A DNA stretch of 64,000 nucleotides from the human T2T-CHM13v2.0 reference genome, Homo sapiens: assembly GCF_009914755.1 (NCBI RefSeq), contig NC_060927.1; one strand, written 5' to 3'. This document shows, in pieces, positions 15,063-29,347 of the stretch. The position numbers were made by a program, and so were the translations under genes. The first letter of the stretch is position 1. Every line of letters starts with the position of its first letter. Below the pieces are notes generated by a model. The model had not been told where the DNA came from. It searched no databases and was given only the letters and a program-made list of their open reading frames with translations.

Positions 15063-15584
15063 TTTAGGGGAGAAAATATATCTTTTCCTCACCTGTCCTA
15101 GGTTCCTGGTGGGGGCTCCTCTAACGCAAAACAAATTAACAGAAGAAAAGCAGAAATATGTATTTAATATGAGTTTTACACGACATAGGAGCCATTATAA
15201 AGAAATGAGGACCCACAGAAATGTGTAAATCTGTGTATTTTTTTATACTAAGTTTGATGAAGTGAAGAGTCACAGAGAAGTATGACACGATATAAAAGTA
15301 GGATCTAATCGTATTAAATTGGAGAAAACATAACAAAATCTGTTTGTTCAGGTTCTCGTGTGTCCCTGTGTCTTCAGGGAACAGGATGTTTTTTTCCTCT
15401 AGGTGTAGGAAGGTCACCTCTAGAATGATCTACTTCAGGGGAAGGTCAGAAAATCTTTCCTAGGTTTTATGACCTGCTTCTGGGGAGAAGGGCAGAGGGA
15501 AAGTGAGAATGATATTCCTGCTTCTGCTGTTTTCTCAAATGCCAAGGTACCATATTTTGGGATAATGTATCCTAAACTCCATCA
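15063..15584 (-). mobile_element. ERV1 solo LTR (MER31/MER67 group)
   Basis: Minus strand begins tgatggagtttaggatacattatcccaaaatatggtaccttggcatttgagaaaacagcagaagcagg. Confidence 0.75.
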
Positions 15585-16299
15585 CTAGATAATAGTGGTT
15601 ATGGTAATACTGGTTTAGCAACAGGGCCAGAAGTCAATTAGCAATCAATTGTTTACTTAAAAGCATACTTTGTACATCTTTCTGAGGGTAAAATAATGTA
15701 TTTTTTTCTTCTACCTTTAGAAATTGTTTTGTTTTAGCTTCAAAGCTACTGTAAATAAGCATATTGCTTAGTGTTTTTAACAAAGGAAGTACTGAAAAAA
15801 AATTAATGACAAACATACAAAAGAAACTTTTATGCATAATTTTGCCAAATCTTTTTCTCTCCAGAAAGCATCACAGGCAGAGTATCACAGTATAAAATGT
15901 ATAAACTTCTGCAAAAATAAATTCTCCATTCCAACGAATCCATTTGGTATTTCTACATGTTGCCAAATGCTTTCCATGTGTTTCAAATTATATGAACATT
16001 AGTAATTAAATATGCAATATACTCTGCCTTCTGGACCCATTTACATTAACTTCTTAAAGAAGCACTCAGCTATCAAGTTCTGGATTTCGCCTGTGGCCCT
16101 GTGACAGCAGGTCATCTTACCATGGAAAGAGACTTACAAGCAAGGCATCAGAGAAAAGATAATAACAACACATTTCTAATACCGAATACAAAAAAAGAAG
16201 AAAGGCAGAAAGATAAAATTCTAGAATAAGCCATTCCTAATAAAGGCCAATCTATGAAGAGCAGACATATGAATAAAAACCAGGTAGAGTTTATAGAAT

Positions 16300-18425
<2,126 letters not shown>

Positions 18426-18430
18426 CTCTA

Positions 18431-18890
18431 TATCAATCAGTTCCTAGTTTCAAGCAACAAAAGAGGACTCACATTATATAATTATCTAAATGCAGTTGAT
18501 CTGGAAGATAATTTATAGAATAGTTGGAAGGGTTAGAAAAGCCACATCACAGCACTGTCACCAAAGAGATGTGATATTTTACAACCCAACTGTTTCTACA
18601 CCAGGAACCACACCTTACAAATACCGCTATTTCTGCTACTAACAACGAGCACTCCTCATCTCTTCCTTTGAGCATCTTAAACTGAGACAGAGTCCACTAT
18701 GAACACGTTTGACTGAGCCATCCTGGCTGACACATTTGTATCTTGGATGAAAAGGAGTCTGGGAAAATGAACTGTACTATGCCGTTCTTTACCTTCCTGA
18801 AGAATCCTTAAGCGTGGGGATTTCCCTAATTATAGAAAAGGCTTCAGATGCCGGGCATACAAAACAAATAGCAAATAACAAATGTCCTTT
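18431..18890 (-). mobile_element. MLT1 (K/L-like) MaLR LTR
   Basis: tagtttcaagcaacaaaag start; cagatgccgggca...aacaaatgtcc end. Confidence 0.5.
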
Positions 18891-20034
18891 TAAGAATGAT
18901 ATCCAGCCTAGGAGAGAGATGAAGGAAAAGTCCTGGAGAACAGCAAGAGAAATGTGAAGATAATGGATGTTCAACAAGCCTGGAGAACAACTGGGCAAGA
19001 CTGAAGCAGGAGATTTAAAAATTAAATTTCTGGGAAGAATTTTCCAAGAAAAAAAAATAGAACTCATAGATTCTTTGGCAACTCTGATTTAGTGGAAAAT
19101 GGGACTGAGAAGTTTTGGGAAGTGTGGGAATATTGAGCCATAGCTTATAAGAAACAACAGCAGAAACAACAATGCTAATGGGCATATAACTCCACAAAAT
19201 ATGAACAAGAAAGGAAATTTAATTATAGTGCTCAACTTGGTTCTGAATTAAACAACATACACACAGCCACAATAATTTAAAACTCTGAATAATGACTCAA
19301 GTAAAATGTTAATAAATGAGGGTGGTTTGATGGGAAGAGGAGAAATATATATCTGTGAGAAGGACATGAAAGTGTGATGGAGATTAAGAGAGCTAAATCC
19401 TCAGTTTTTATAGTAGGAAGTTAATACATAGTATATAAAAGTTATGAAGATATTAAGAATAAGTTATTTTGGAGCCTAGACCTAAACACTAGAGAAGATG
19501 GCTAAAAGACTTGAAAGTGGATCCATTAGTGGAGCAGGGAACTGTTGTAAAGGCAATGGACACAATATTGTAGTTTTATACCTTATATTGTTACCTTTTA
19601 GTTTTTAAAACATTTCCAAAGTTATTTTAAAAAGTGACACACCTCAATCTGTACAAAATAAAAATCTGTAACTAGGAAGAGCACAGTACTTACTGCTGGT
19701 AGAATTACAAATTATATTACTTGTAAAAGCTATAGTCAAAATATAGCAAGAACTATAAAGATTTTTACATGTTTAAACTCAGTAATTCCATTGATGACAA
19801 ATTGTCATAAGTAAACAATTCAATAAAGCAAATGCTGTTCATTATAAATTTATCTATAGTAGCAAAAAAACACAAAACAAGAAAAGAAAGGATTAATAAT
19901 TATACTAAACTTAAGGATATAATAAGATTTGCAATTAATATTTGTCATTATAGGTATAATATAGAAATATAGGAAAATATTTATGATCTATAGTTAAATT
20001 TAAAAGGAAGAATATAAAGATTATGGGTTTAGCT

Positions 20035-20965
<931 letters not shown>

Positions 20966-21156
20966 TTGCTACCATTTAAACCATGTTTGCGTATGGAAGA
21001 AAAAACAGCAAGAGGAAGTAAAAGTAAAAATAAAAAGCAAATTTAAAATGAAAATAGATACACAAAGGAAAAACATCAGCCTGTATAGCCATTAAATAAA
21101 GACAATGTACAAACTGAAGAAAATATTGCAACCATTAATGGCAAAAGAACTGATAT

Positions 21157-21636
21157 TGTGTGAACTTTTGCTGCATAGCAAAGCACCCTAAAATTTAAAC
21201 GTTTAAAACAAAAATAATTTATTTAACTTATGGTTCTGAGGTTAAAATTTTGGATTGGGTATATGGTTCTTCTGGTTTCTGCCAGGCTCACTCATGTTGC
21301 CAGGTCTAGATTGGCCTTAGTAATGATGGCTTGTCTCTGCTCCATGTAAAATCTCATCCTCTAGCAGGCTAGTCAGGGCTAGCTCACGTGGTAGCTAGAC
21401 AGGGCTCCAAGAAACTGAGAGGCACATTCAAGTTCTCTAGGGAACTTGCAGGGAACTGGAACAAGGTAATCTCTGCTACATTCCATTGGCCAAAATAAAT
21501 CCCAAGCTTAACCTTGGTTCAAATTCAGGGAAAATTGAACTCCAACTTTTCATAGGAAGAGCTGCAAAGTAACGTTATAAAGGGAATGAGTACAAGAAGG
21601 AATGAAGGAGTATGGTCGTTTTTGGAACTTGCCATA
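21157..21636 (-). mobile_element. MLT1 (G/H-like) MaLR LTR
   Basis: ttgctgcatagcaaagcaccctaaaattta...ggctcactcatg...acattccattggccaaa...ggaagagctgcaaagt. Confidence 0.7.
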
Positions 21637-21639
21637 AGT

Positions 21640-23890
21640 TCTAACACATAAAATTTATTTAACGAGAAAAACCAAAATGCCAACAATCATATATAAAACA
21701 GTCTAAAGATGTGATCATATAACTTACCAAGAATAACCACAAAAACTTATTAAACATTTTTTAAAATCACCTCTTAATAAGATAAATGGAAATTCAACTA
21801 TACTGGGTTACCATATTTTACTTATCAATATAGTACAAATACAAAAGATGGATAACACACTCTGTTGGTAGAAGCTGTGGGAAAACAAGTCTTTTCATAC
21901 ATTGAAGTGAGAATGCAAAATGGTGGTAAAATGTTTGACAATATATAGCAAAATTACATATACATTTATTCTTTGACCCAGAAATTTCACTTCTAAGAAT
22001 CTGTTCTACAAAGTACTGTGGCAAAAAATATTGATAAAATTATGCAAAATAATTTATTATGTGAAATGTTCATTAAAGTTATAAATTGCATAACTGTTAT
22101 AATTCTAAGGAAACCCATGGTCATCAATAGCAAACTAGCTGAATAAATTCTAGTAAACTCAAATAATGGAATATATGCAACCATTAAAAGGAAGAAGAGA
22201 TAGCTTCAGAAAGAGCTGTAATCTTCAAAATTTAATGTTAAGTTAATAAAGAAAGCCATGCTACCATTTATCTAATAAGTCCAATGACTATATATGTATT
22301 TTTTTTTAGTCTTAAATGAGAATGAGAGGTTAAACCATAATATTAGTAAAATGCTTGTCTATGGTAATGAGAGGAATAGGATTTAGGGACCAATGACAGA
22401 GGTTAGGCTTCTCTGAATATACTTACTTTATAGAAATGTTTTGAACCATGTAAATATTTTGTAATGATAAGATAAAATTATATCAAAATAAAAAACGGCA
22501 AATCTCCAAATTCAGAAACAAAATCACACTTACCATATACTTAGTTATTAGCTCAACCAACAAAGAAAAATAATTTCAAGTGACTAAAAATAGTGATTTT
22601 TACTTCTCTATCTTGTATGGAATTTACGTTAAAGACAGAAAGAGATAAAGAAAAAAATCCTATATATAATTGGTTAAAACAACATTATAAAGTATTAAAT
22701 ATACAAAAGAGCAATTAAGAAATTTTGAAATTATGAAGTTAATTAAAACCCAAAATAATAAATTAGAATTAGAAATGTTATTATCCACTTGTGGCTTATT
22801 TTATATTAAAAATGATATTCATAAGCCTGTCCAAGACAAAATGTCCTAGAAACAATAAGGAAATGTTGTTTAAAGCCAAGCAGAGAAAAAGCTCTAACTT
22901 TCAATTTTAATCTCAAAATACCATTTCTCACGAAAAAGAACCAGAAATCATTGAGGTAATGGCTAATGCCAGATTTGGAAAAAGAAGTGTTGAAGATGAG
23001 CCTCATAGCAAAGAGTCCATCAAAAACCACGGTGGCCACATCTAGAGAATGAAAAAGACAACTTGAAAAGTCTCTTCATGCTGAAGATGGACTAATTGAC
23101 TATGAATAAAAACGAAAAGTGCAATAAATTGATAACAATCAAATATGCTAAAATCCATATGTGCAAAAATGAGATTTGGAAAATATATTAATCACTTTAG
23201 ATGATGGTAGAAAACTAATTTATTACTTAGGGTAAATAGAAAGAAACAAGCAAACATTTAATATGTTTTTCCCACATTAAAAAAACAAAACAAAACACTC
23301 AAGGTAAAAAAATACTTGACTGTGTCTCCAAAAGAGAGAGACAACCCGATACTATGTGTCTCTTTACAGAAAATACAGCACTACTTATAAAGTGTTTTTG
23401 CCAAAAGTAGTGAGCCTGAATCAGATAAAGACACACAAATAATCTGGTTTTCAACAATTAAATCACAACAAAAGTAATAGGAGGGTTAACTTATAAATTT
23501 TAAAATATGCAAAAATAGATACGTGGTTTTATCTTGATAAATTTTAAAATATGCAAAAATAAATACATGGTTTTAACTTTATTTGGATACTGCTTCAAAC
23601 AAACCAACTGTAAATAAACAGTGCAACCATACACTTGATATTTTACAAAATTAATAAATAATTTCTAATGGGTTTTTAAAAAAAATAATTAAAATAATCC
23701 TATTCTGAGTTGACAGAGTAGGAGGAAGTAGAGATGAAGCAAGATAAAAATCAAGATCAGTATCAAGTGACCATATTGTCTTTAAGACATGTGGTTACTT
23801 TCCCACTCTCAAAAGGGACAAATACTAGTAATATTTTGCACATTTTCTTCTTGAAATATTTTCTGTGTTAAAATGACTGAAATAAAATGT
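21640..23890 (+). mobile_element. Old L1 (L1MC/ME-like) 3' region
   Basis: cttttcatacattgaagtgagaatgcaaaatgg; ctttgacccagaaatttcacttctaagaatc; long A-rich 3'UTR. Confidence 0.6.
23493..23580. repeat. 44-bp tandem duplication
   Basis: ataaattttaaaatatgcaaaaata(g/a)atac(g/a)tggtttta twice. Confidence 0.9.
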
Positions 23891-23904
23891 AAAACTTGCC
23901 TGCT

Positions 23905-26475
23905 CTTTTTTTCCCTTTTTCAACTTTTATTTTAGAATCAGGGGGTATATGTGCAGGATTGCTACAGAGTATATTGTGTGATGCTGAGGTTTCGGGTATG
24001 ACTGAAACTGTCACCCTGGTATTGAGAAAAATAACCAATAGTTAGTTTTTCTGCCCTTGCTCCCCTCCCTCTTTCCCACCTCTAGTATCCCCAGCATCTA
24101 TTGTTCCCATCTTTATATTGAAGTGTACCTAATATTTAGCTCCCACATAAATGAGAACATGTGGTATTTTTCTGTTTTTGCTTTAGTTCACTTATTATAA
24201 TGGCCTCCTGCTGCATCCATGTCACTGTAAAGCACATTATTTTGTTCTTTACTATGGCTGTGTAGTATTCCATGGTGTATATGTACCATATTTTCTTTAT
24301 TCAATTCACCATTGATAGGCACCTGGGTTGATTCCATATCTTTGCTATTTTATTTTTTATTTTTTTATTTTTATTTTTTATTATACTTTAAGTTATAGGG
24401 TACATGTGCACAACGTGGTTTGTTACATATGTGTACATGTGCCATGTTGGTGTGCTGCACTCATTAACTCGTCATTTACATTAGGTATATCTCCTAATCC
24501 TATCCCTCCCCCCTCCCCCCACCCCACAACAGGCCCCGGTGTGATGTTCCCCATCCTGTGTCCAAGTGTTCTTATTGTTCAATTCCCACCTATAAGTGAG
24601 AACATGCAGTGTTTGGTTTTCTGTCCTTGCGATAGTTTGCTCAGAATGATGATTTCCAGCTTCATTCATGTCCCTACAAAGGACATGAACTCATCCTTTT
24701 TTATGGCTGCATAGTATCCCATGGTATATATGTGCCACATTTTCTTAATCCAGTTTATCATTGATGGACATTTGGGTTGAAAGTAATGGCAACAAAAGCC
24801 AAAATTGACAAATGGGATCTAATTAAACTAAAGAGCTTCTGCACAGCATAAGAAACTACCCTCTGAGTGAACAGGCAACCTACAGAATGGGAGACAATTT
24901 TTGCAATCTACCCATCTGACAAAGGGCTAATATCCAGAATCTACAAAGAACTTAAACAAATTTACAAGAAAAAATCAAACATACATCCATCAAAAAGTGG
25001 GCGAAGGATATGAACAGACACTTATCAAAAGAAGACATTTATGCAGCCAACAGACACATGAAAAAATGCTCATCATCACTGGCCATCAGAGAAATGCAAA
25101 TCCAAACCACAATGAGATACCATCTCACACCAGTTAGAATGGCGATCATTAACAAGTCAGGAAACAACAGGTGCTGGAGAGGATGTGGAGAAATAGGAAC
25201 ACTTTTACACTGCTGGTGGGACTGTGAACTAGTTCAACCATTGTGGAAGACAGTGTGGCGATTCCTCAAGGATCTAGAACTAGAAATACCATTTGACCCA
25301 GCCATCCCATTACTGGGTATATACCCAAAGGATTAAAATCATGCTATTATAAAGACACATGCACACATTGTGGCACTATTCACAATAGCAAAGACTTGGA
25401 ATCTTTGCTATTTTAAATAGCACTTGGATGAACATATGAGTGCATGTGTCCTCTTAGTAGAATGATAATTTCTTTTGAGTACATACTCAGTAATAAGCTT
25501 GCCAGGTCAAATGGTAGTTCAACATTCAGTTCTTTGAGAAATCTCCAAACTGCTTTCCAAAGAGGCTAAACTAATTTATATTCCCACCAACCATGTATGA
25601 GTGTCCGTTTTTCTCTGCAGCTTCACCAGAATCTGTTATTTTCTGACTTTTTAAAAAAGCCATTCTGTCTGATTTTTATATACCATACCATCTGTGAGAT
25701 GATATTTCATTGTGGTTTTGATTTGCATTCCTCTGTGATTAGTGATGATGAGCATTTTTTTATGTTTGTTGGTCATGTGTAAGTCTTCTTCTGAGAAGTT
25801 CCTGTTCATGTCCTTTGCCCACTTTTTAATAGAGCCATTTGTTTTTTGTTGTTGATTTGTTTAAGTTCCTTATAGATTCTGGATATTAGACCTTTTTTAG
25901 ATGCATAGTTTGCAAATATTTTATTCCATTCTGTAGGTTGTCTGTATACTTCCTTGATAGTTTCTCTTGCCAAGCAGAAGCTTTTTAGTTTAATTAGGTC
26001 CCACTTCCCAATTTTTGTTTTTGTTGCAATTGCTTTTGGGGACTCAGCCATAAATTCTTTGCCATAAAGGCTGATATTGAAAAGGGTATTACCTAGGTTT
26101 TCTTCTATGACTGTTACAGATTGAGATCTTACATCTAAGTCTTTAATCCATCTTGAGTTAATTTTTGTATGTGATCATAGGTAGGAGTCCAGTTTCATTC
26201 TTCTGCTTATGGATAGCCAATTAACCTAGCAGCATTTATTGAATAAGGAGTCTTTTCTCCCCATTGCTTATCTTTATCAAGTTATTCAAAGATCAGGTGG
26301 TTTAAATGTGGGCTTTATTTGTGGCTTCTCTATTCTGTTTCATTGGTCTATTTGTCTGTTTTTGTACCAGTACCATGCTGTTTTGGTTACTGTAGCCTTG
26401 TAGTATACTCTGAAATCAGGTAATGTGATGCTTTCTGCTTTGTTCTTTTTAGTTAAGATTGTTTTGTTTGTTTGC
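23905..26475 (-). mobile_element. L1PB-like 3' element (host), split by a younger L1PA
   Basis: caacttttattttagaatcagggggtatatgtgcagg 3' end; continues after 25414 with antisense ORF2 (ORF 25806-26051: [21 protein letters not shown]). Confidence 0.85.
24352..25400 (-). mobile_element. L1PA4/5-like 5'-truncated, 5'-inverted insertion
   Basis: Poly-T plus antisense 3'UTR 24352-24779; flipped ORF2 segment 24780-25400; TSD atctttgctatttt at 24338-24351 and 25401-25414. Confidence 0.93.
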
Positions 26476-26879
26476 CATTTCTAACATTAAAAATCAGTTG
26501 TGTAAACCAAAGAAAATTTCAGATATTTTATAAAATATCAAAAAGTTAACAATTCAAACTAAGTGAAATTATATCTGCCTCATTCCTCCTTTGTTTTTCT
26601 TCTCATTCTTGTTTGTTTTTCACTTATTCTCTATTGATTAAATTTTACCTTCTTTTTCATATTATTTACTTATTCCCACAATTTTTTTTATCAAATAAAT
26701 TCATCTTTAAGGGAACTTTATGTGGAAGTGCATTATGAATATCCACAGTGAGTATCCAACTTCAGAAAGTGGGATATGTTAATACCAAGTTTAACTGCAA
26801 TGGTTACTCTGCAGGATAGTTTTCTAATAGTTATCTACTGGTATATGTATAAAGATTCAATCACAACAGTAACACCAGA

Positions 26880-27200
26880 GTTCTCACATGGTCCAACTGT
26901 TAAATAACTCAGCATCATAAATTTAGCTATTTGCGCATGAACCACTGATGCGCAAAAATAATTTCCTGCTAATCAGTAATAATGACTATATACTCAGTGA
27001 GTCACCGTTACACTTTAAGGAGACTGTGCTAATGCATGAATAATTATTGACCTGATTAAGTGTCCAATCTTGCTCTTAGAAAAAAAAAAGCGCACATCAT
27101 TTAACAATTTAGCTGTGTATTGTCTGTGTGATAAAAGAAAGAGGTAATTTGGATAACTAATGCAGCAGGTAAATTCTGTTAGGCAGTTCCCAAAAGTAGA
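26880..27200. promoter_or_regulatory. Candidate enhancer-like unique segment
   Basis: Inverted repeat tttgcgcat-N9-atgcgcaaa (26930-26956), AP-1 TGAGTCA (26998-27004), TAAT/TGATTAA and TGATAA motifs in apparently non-repetitive DNA; motif evidence only. Confidence 0.3.
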
Positions 27201-27368
27201 TGATTTCCATCTCCCTTAAACATTTCAGGAACCTACATTTTTCTCTGCCTTGTGTCCTTAATGTGATGCCAACTATTTTCTGGGTTTTTTTCCTCCAGAG
27301 GCAAAGGGGAAAAAAAGAATTAGAGAAAATGAAATAGATGATACAGTTTTATCTGTCTCTCATTTAAG

Positions 27369-27454
27369 AGGACTTGCGGTTCAGAGAAAAGCTGTCACAA
27401 TTTAACACCACAGAACATTCCTCTACAAGGCCATGTTTCAATGCTATTAGAAAG
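27369..27454 (+). other. Candidate cryptic or non-coding exon (86 nt)
   Basis: Acceptor ttttatctgtctctcatttaag| and donor AAG|gtaagc; no recognisable protein. Confidence 0.2.
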
Positions 27455-29191
27455 GTAAGCCTTTTTGGGAAACAAAAAATGTATGGAATTCTATTCCAGA
27501 TATTTAACAAAGACCAAGTTGGAGTGTGATGAAAAGCAAGCAGCTATTGTCAGGTTACAGTTCTCTCCAGTCAAATTGTTACTTCTCTTTATTACCCTAA
27601 AATTATCTCCCATTAAGTACAAAGAGAGCATTTTGCTCTCAAGAAATGTTGTGACACTGTAAATCAGATCAAAGATATGAAAGTCTGCAATCTGGAAAGG
27701 ATAGCAATATTCCATTTATGAATGAGTTTGGCGAGATTAGGGACGCTATGTTAATAGCTGGATAAAAACACTGGGTTTCAAAAATTTTCTTAAATTTAAA
27801 ATGTACAATGAAAAAATAATTTAAAGGCTGCAGCCAGTCAGTTGGGATAGCAACATAACAAGTCTCACTGAATACTATTATTCAAAATGTTAAGTTCTAT
27901 CGGGAGAAGGATAATGAACCCAAAATCAGTCAAGGGACATGACAGCAAAACAAAGTTTTTCTCCTTTCAAAGGGAGTGTTTGTTACCCACTATGATACTA
28001 TATGTTCATCAATTAAACTATACCAGAGGTAAATCACAAAAGAAAGTGTCCCTGTAACAGACATCTAATCAAAACAACTTTAATGACTCTGATGGGTGAC
28101 GTAAAGGGCTTCCACAATAACTGAAAACCTTTACTGCAACTCTGGAAAGGACATAACATTTTCACTGAATGTTGCATTTGGACATAGTCAAAAATGGAAA
28201 GCAGTGGACAAGCTAGAGCCATCTTCCTTTTGGGCATATTGTTCTTATATCTGTTCTGTCCATTTCAAGTATTCGCTTTAATTTTCAGGAGAAATGGGAA
28301 GCTAGCTCAGAGGCATTTTGAAACAGCAGAGCAATATTAAATTTGGGTCTCATGAGACAAATATACCTACAAGTTGTTTGGACCTCAATATTAACTCTAG
28401 GCTTTAAACACTTAACCTTTCAACTTCTCACTTATTGAATGGCATTCTCTCACATCATGCCATAAGGATACTGACCTCCCCAATGTATCACACTAGTGAG
28501 TCACTAAGAATGTTCTGCTCACTTCAGACTGTTAATAACATCTCTGTATCATAGCACCGAATAATAATTATTATTCATTTTGATGACTCTTGGTTATTAA
28601 TAAAATGAGTATATAATGATCATTATGCTCTGTTGAGAAAGGTAAATCAGTATATAATACCTTTTAGATGACTTCCATCTCAAGTGATCAAAATTTAAAG
28701 CTGTGATGAGTAAAGGACAATTTGGTTTATCAAGAAAACTTACTAGCTTGAAACCATTTATTCTCAACTACGTTGTATAAATTAGGCACTACTACTTCAG
28801 CATAACTATGCTTATCAAAATGTTTATTCCAATATAGAATTTTCTCACCCTAAAGAGACTCAATATGGCATTTCTTCCCCTGGGATATGCTCTTGACTAG
28901 ATTTAGATCAAGTAGAAGTGATTCTGAATGGTGCAAACAAAATATTAGATGAAGATACCCTAATGTTTCTGCACACAGAAACGAAGTTTATGTTTTTCTT
29001 GGACTGATTCAGTACAGCAGGATTTGTATTTCTCAAGGTTGTGAGGATTCTATTAGTCTGCCCCATCTTAATTCTGAACATCTCTCTTCAGGGCTTGCTT
29101 ATCAGGAGAGCTGAAGTAAATATTCCACCCAACTGCCCAGTTAAGCTTCTGAATTCAGGTAGTTCACATAAATGCATATTCTTTATCTTAT

Positions 29192-29247
29192 TGCTGAAAT
29201 AAGAATATCTCTCCCTTACTGCTGAAATAAAAATCTCTCTCCCTTAC
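29192..29247. repeat. 28-bp tandem duplication
   Basis: tgctgaaataa(g/a)aat(a/c)tctctcccttac twice. Confidence 0.9.
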
Positions 29248-29347
29248 TGGCATTGCACAAACATTCTCAATTCTCCCTTTTAGTTGAAATCACTGACTTG
29301 GTGAGTATTGCCTTTGTGGTGCTGCAGGGAAATGTGAGGTCACTTCT

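Noticed and set aside
25010-25336. 108-aa ORF with a [16 protein letters not shown] motif
   Set aside because: L1 ORF2p C-terminal fragment inside a truncated insertion
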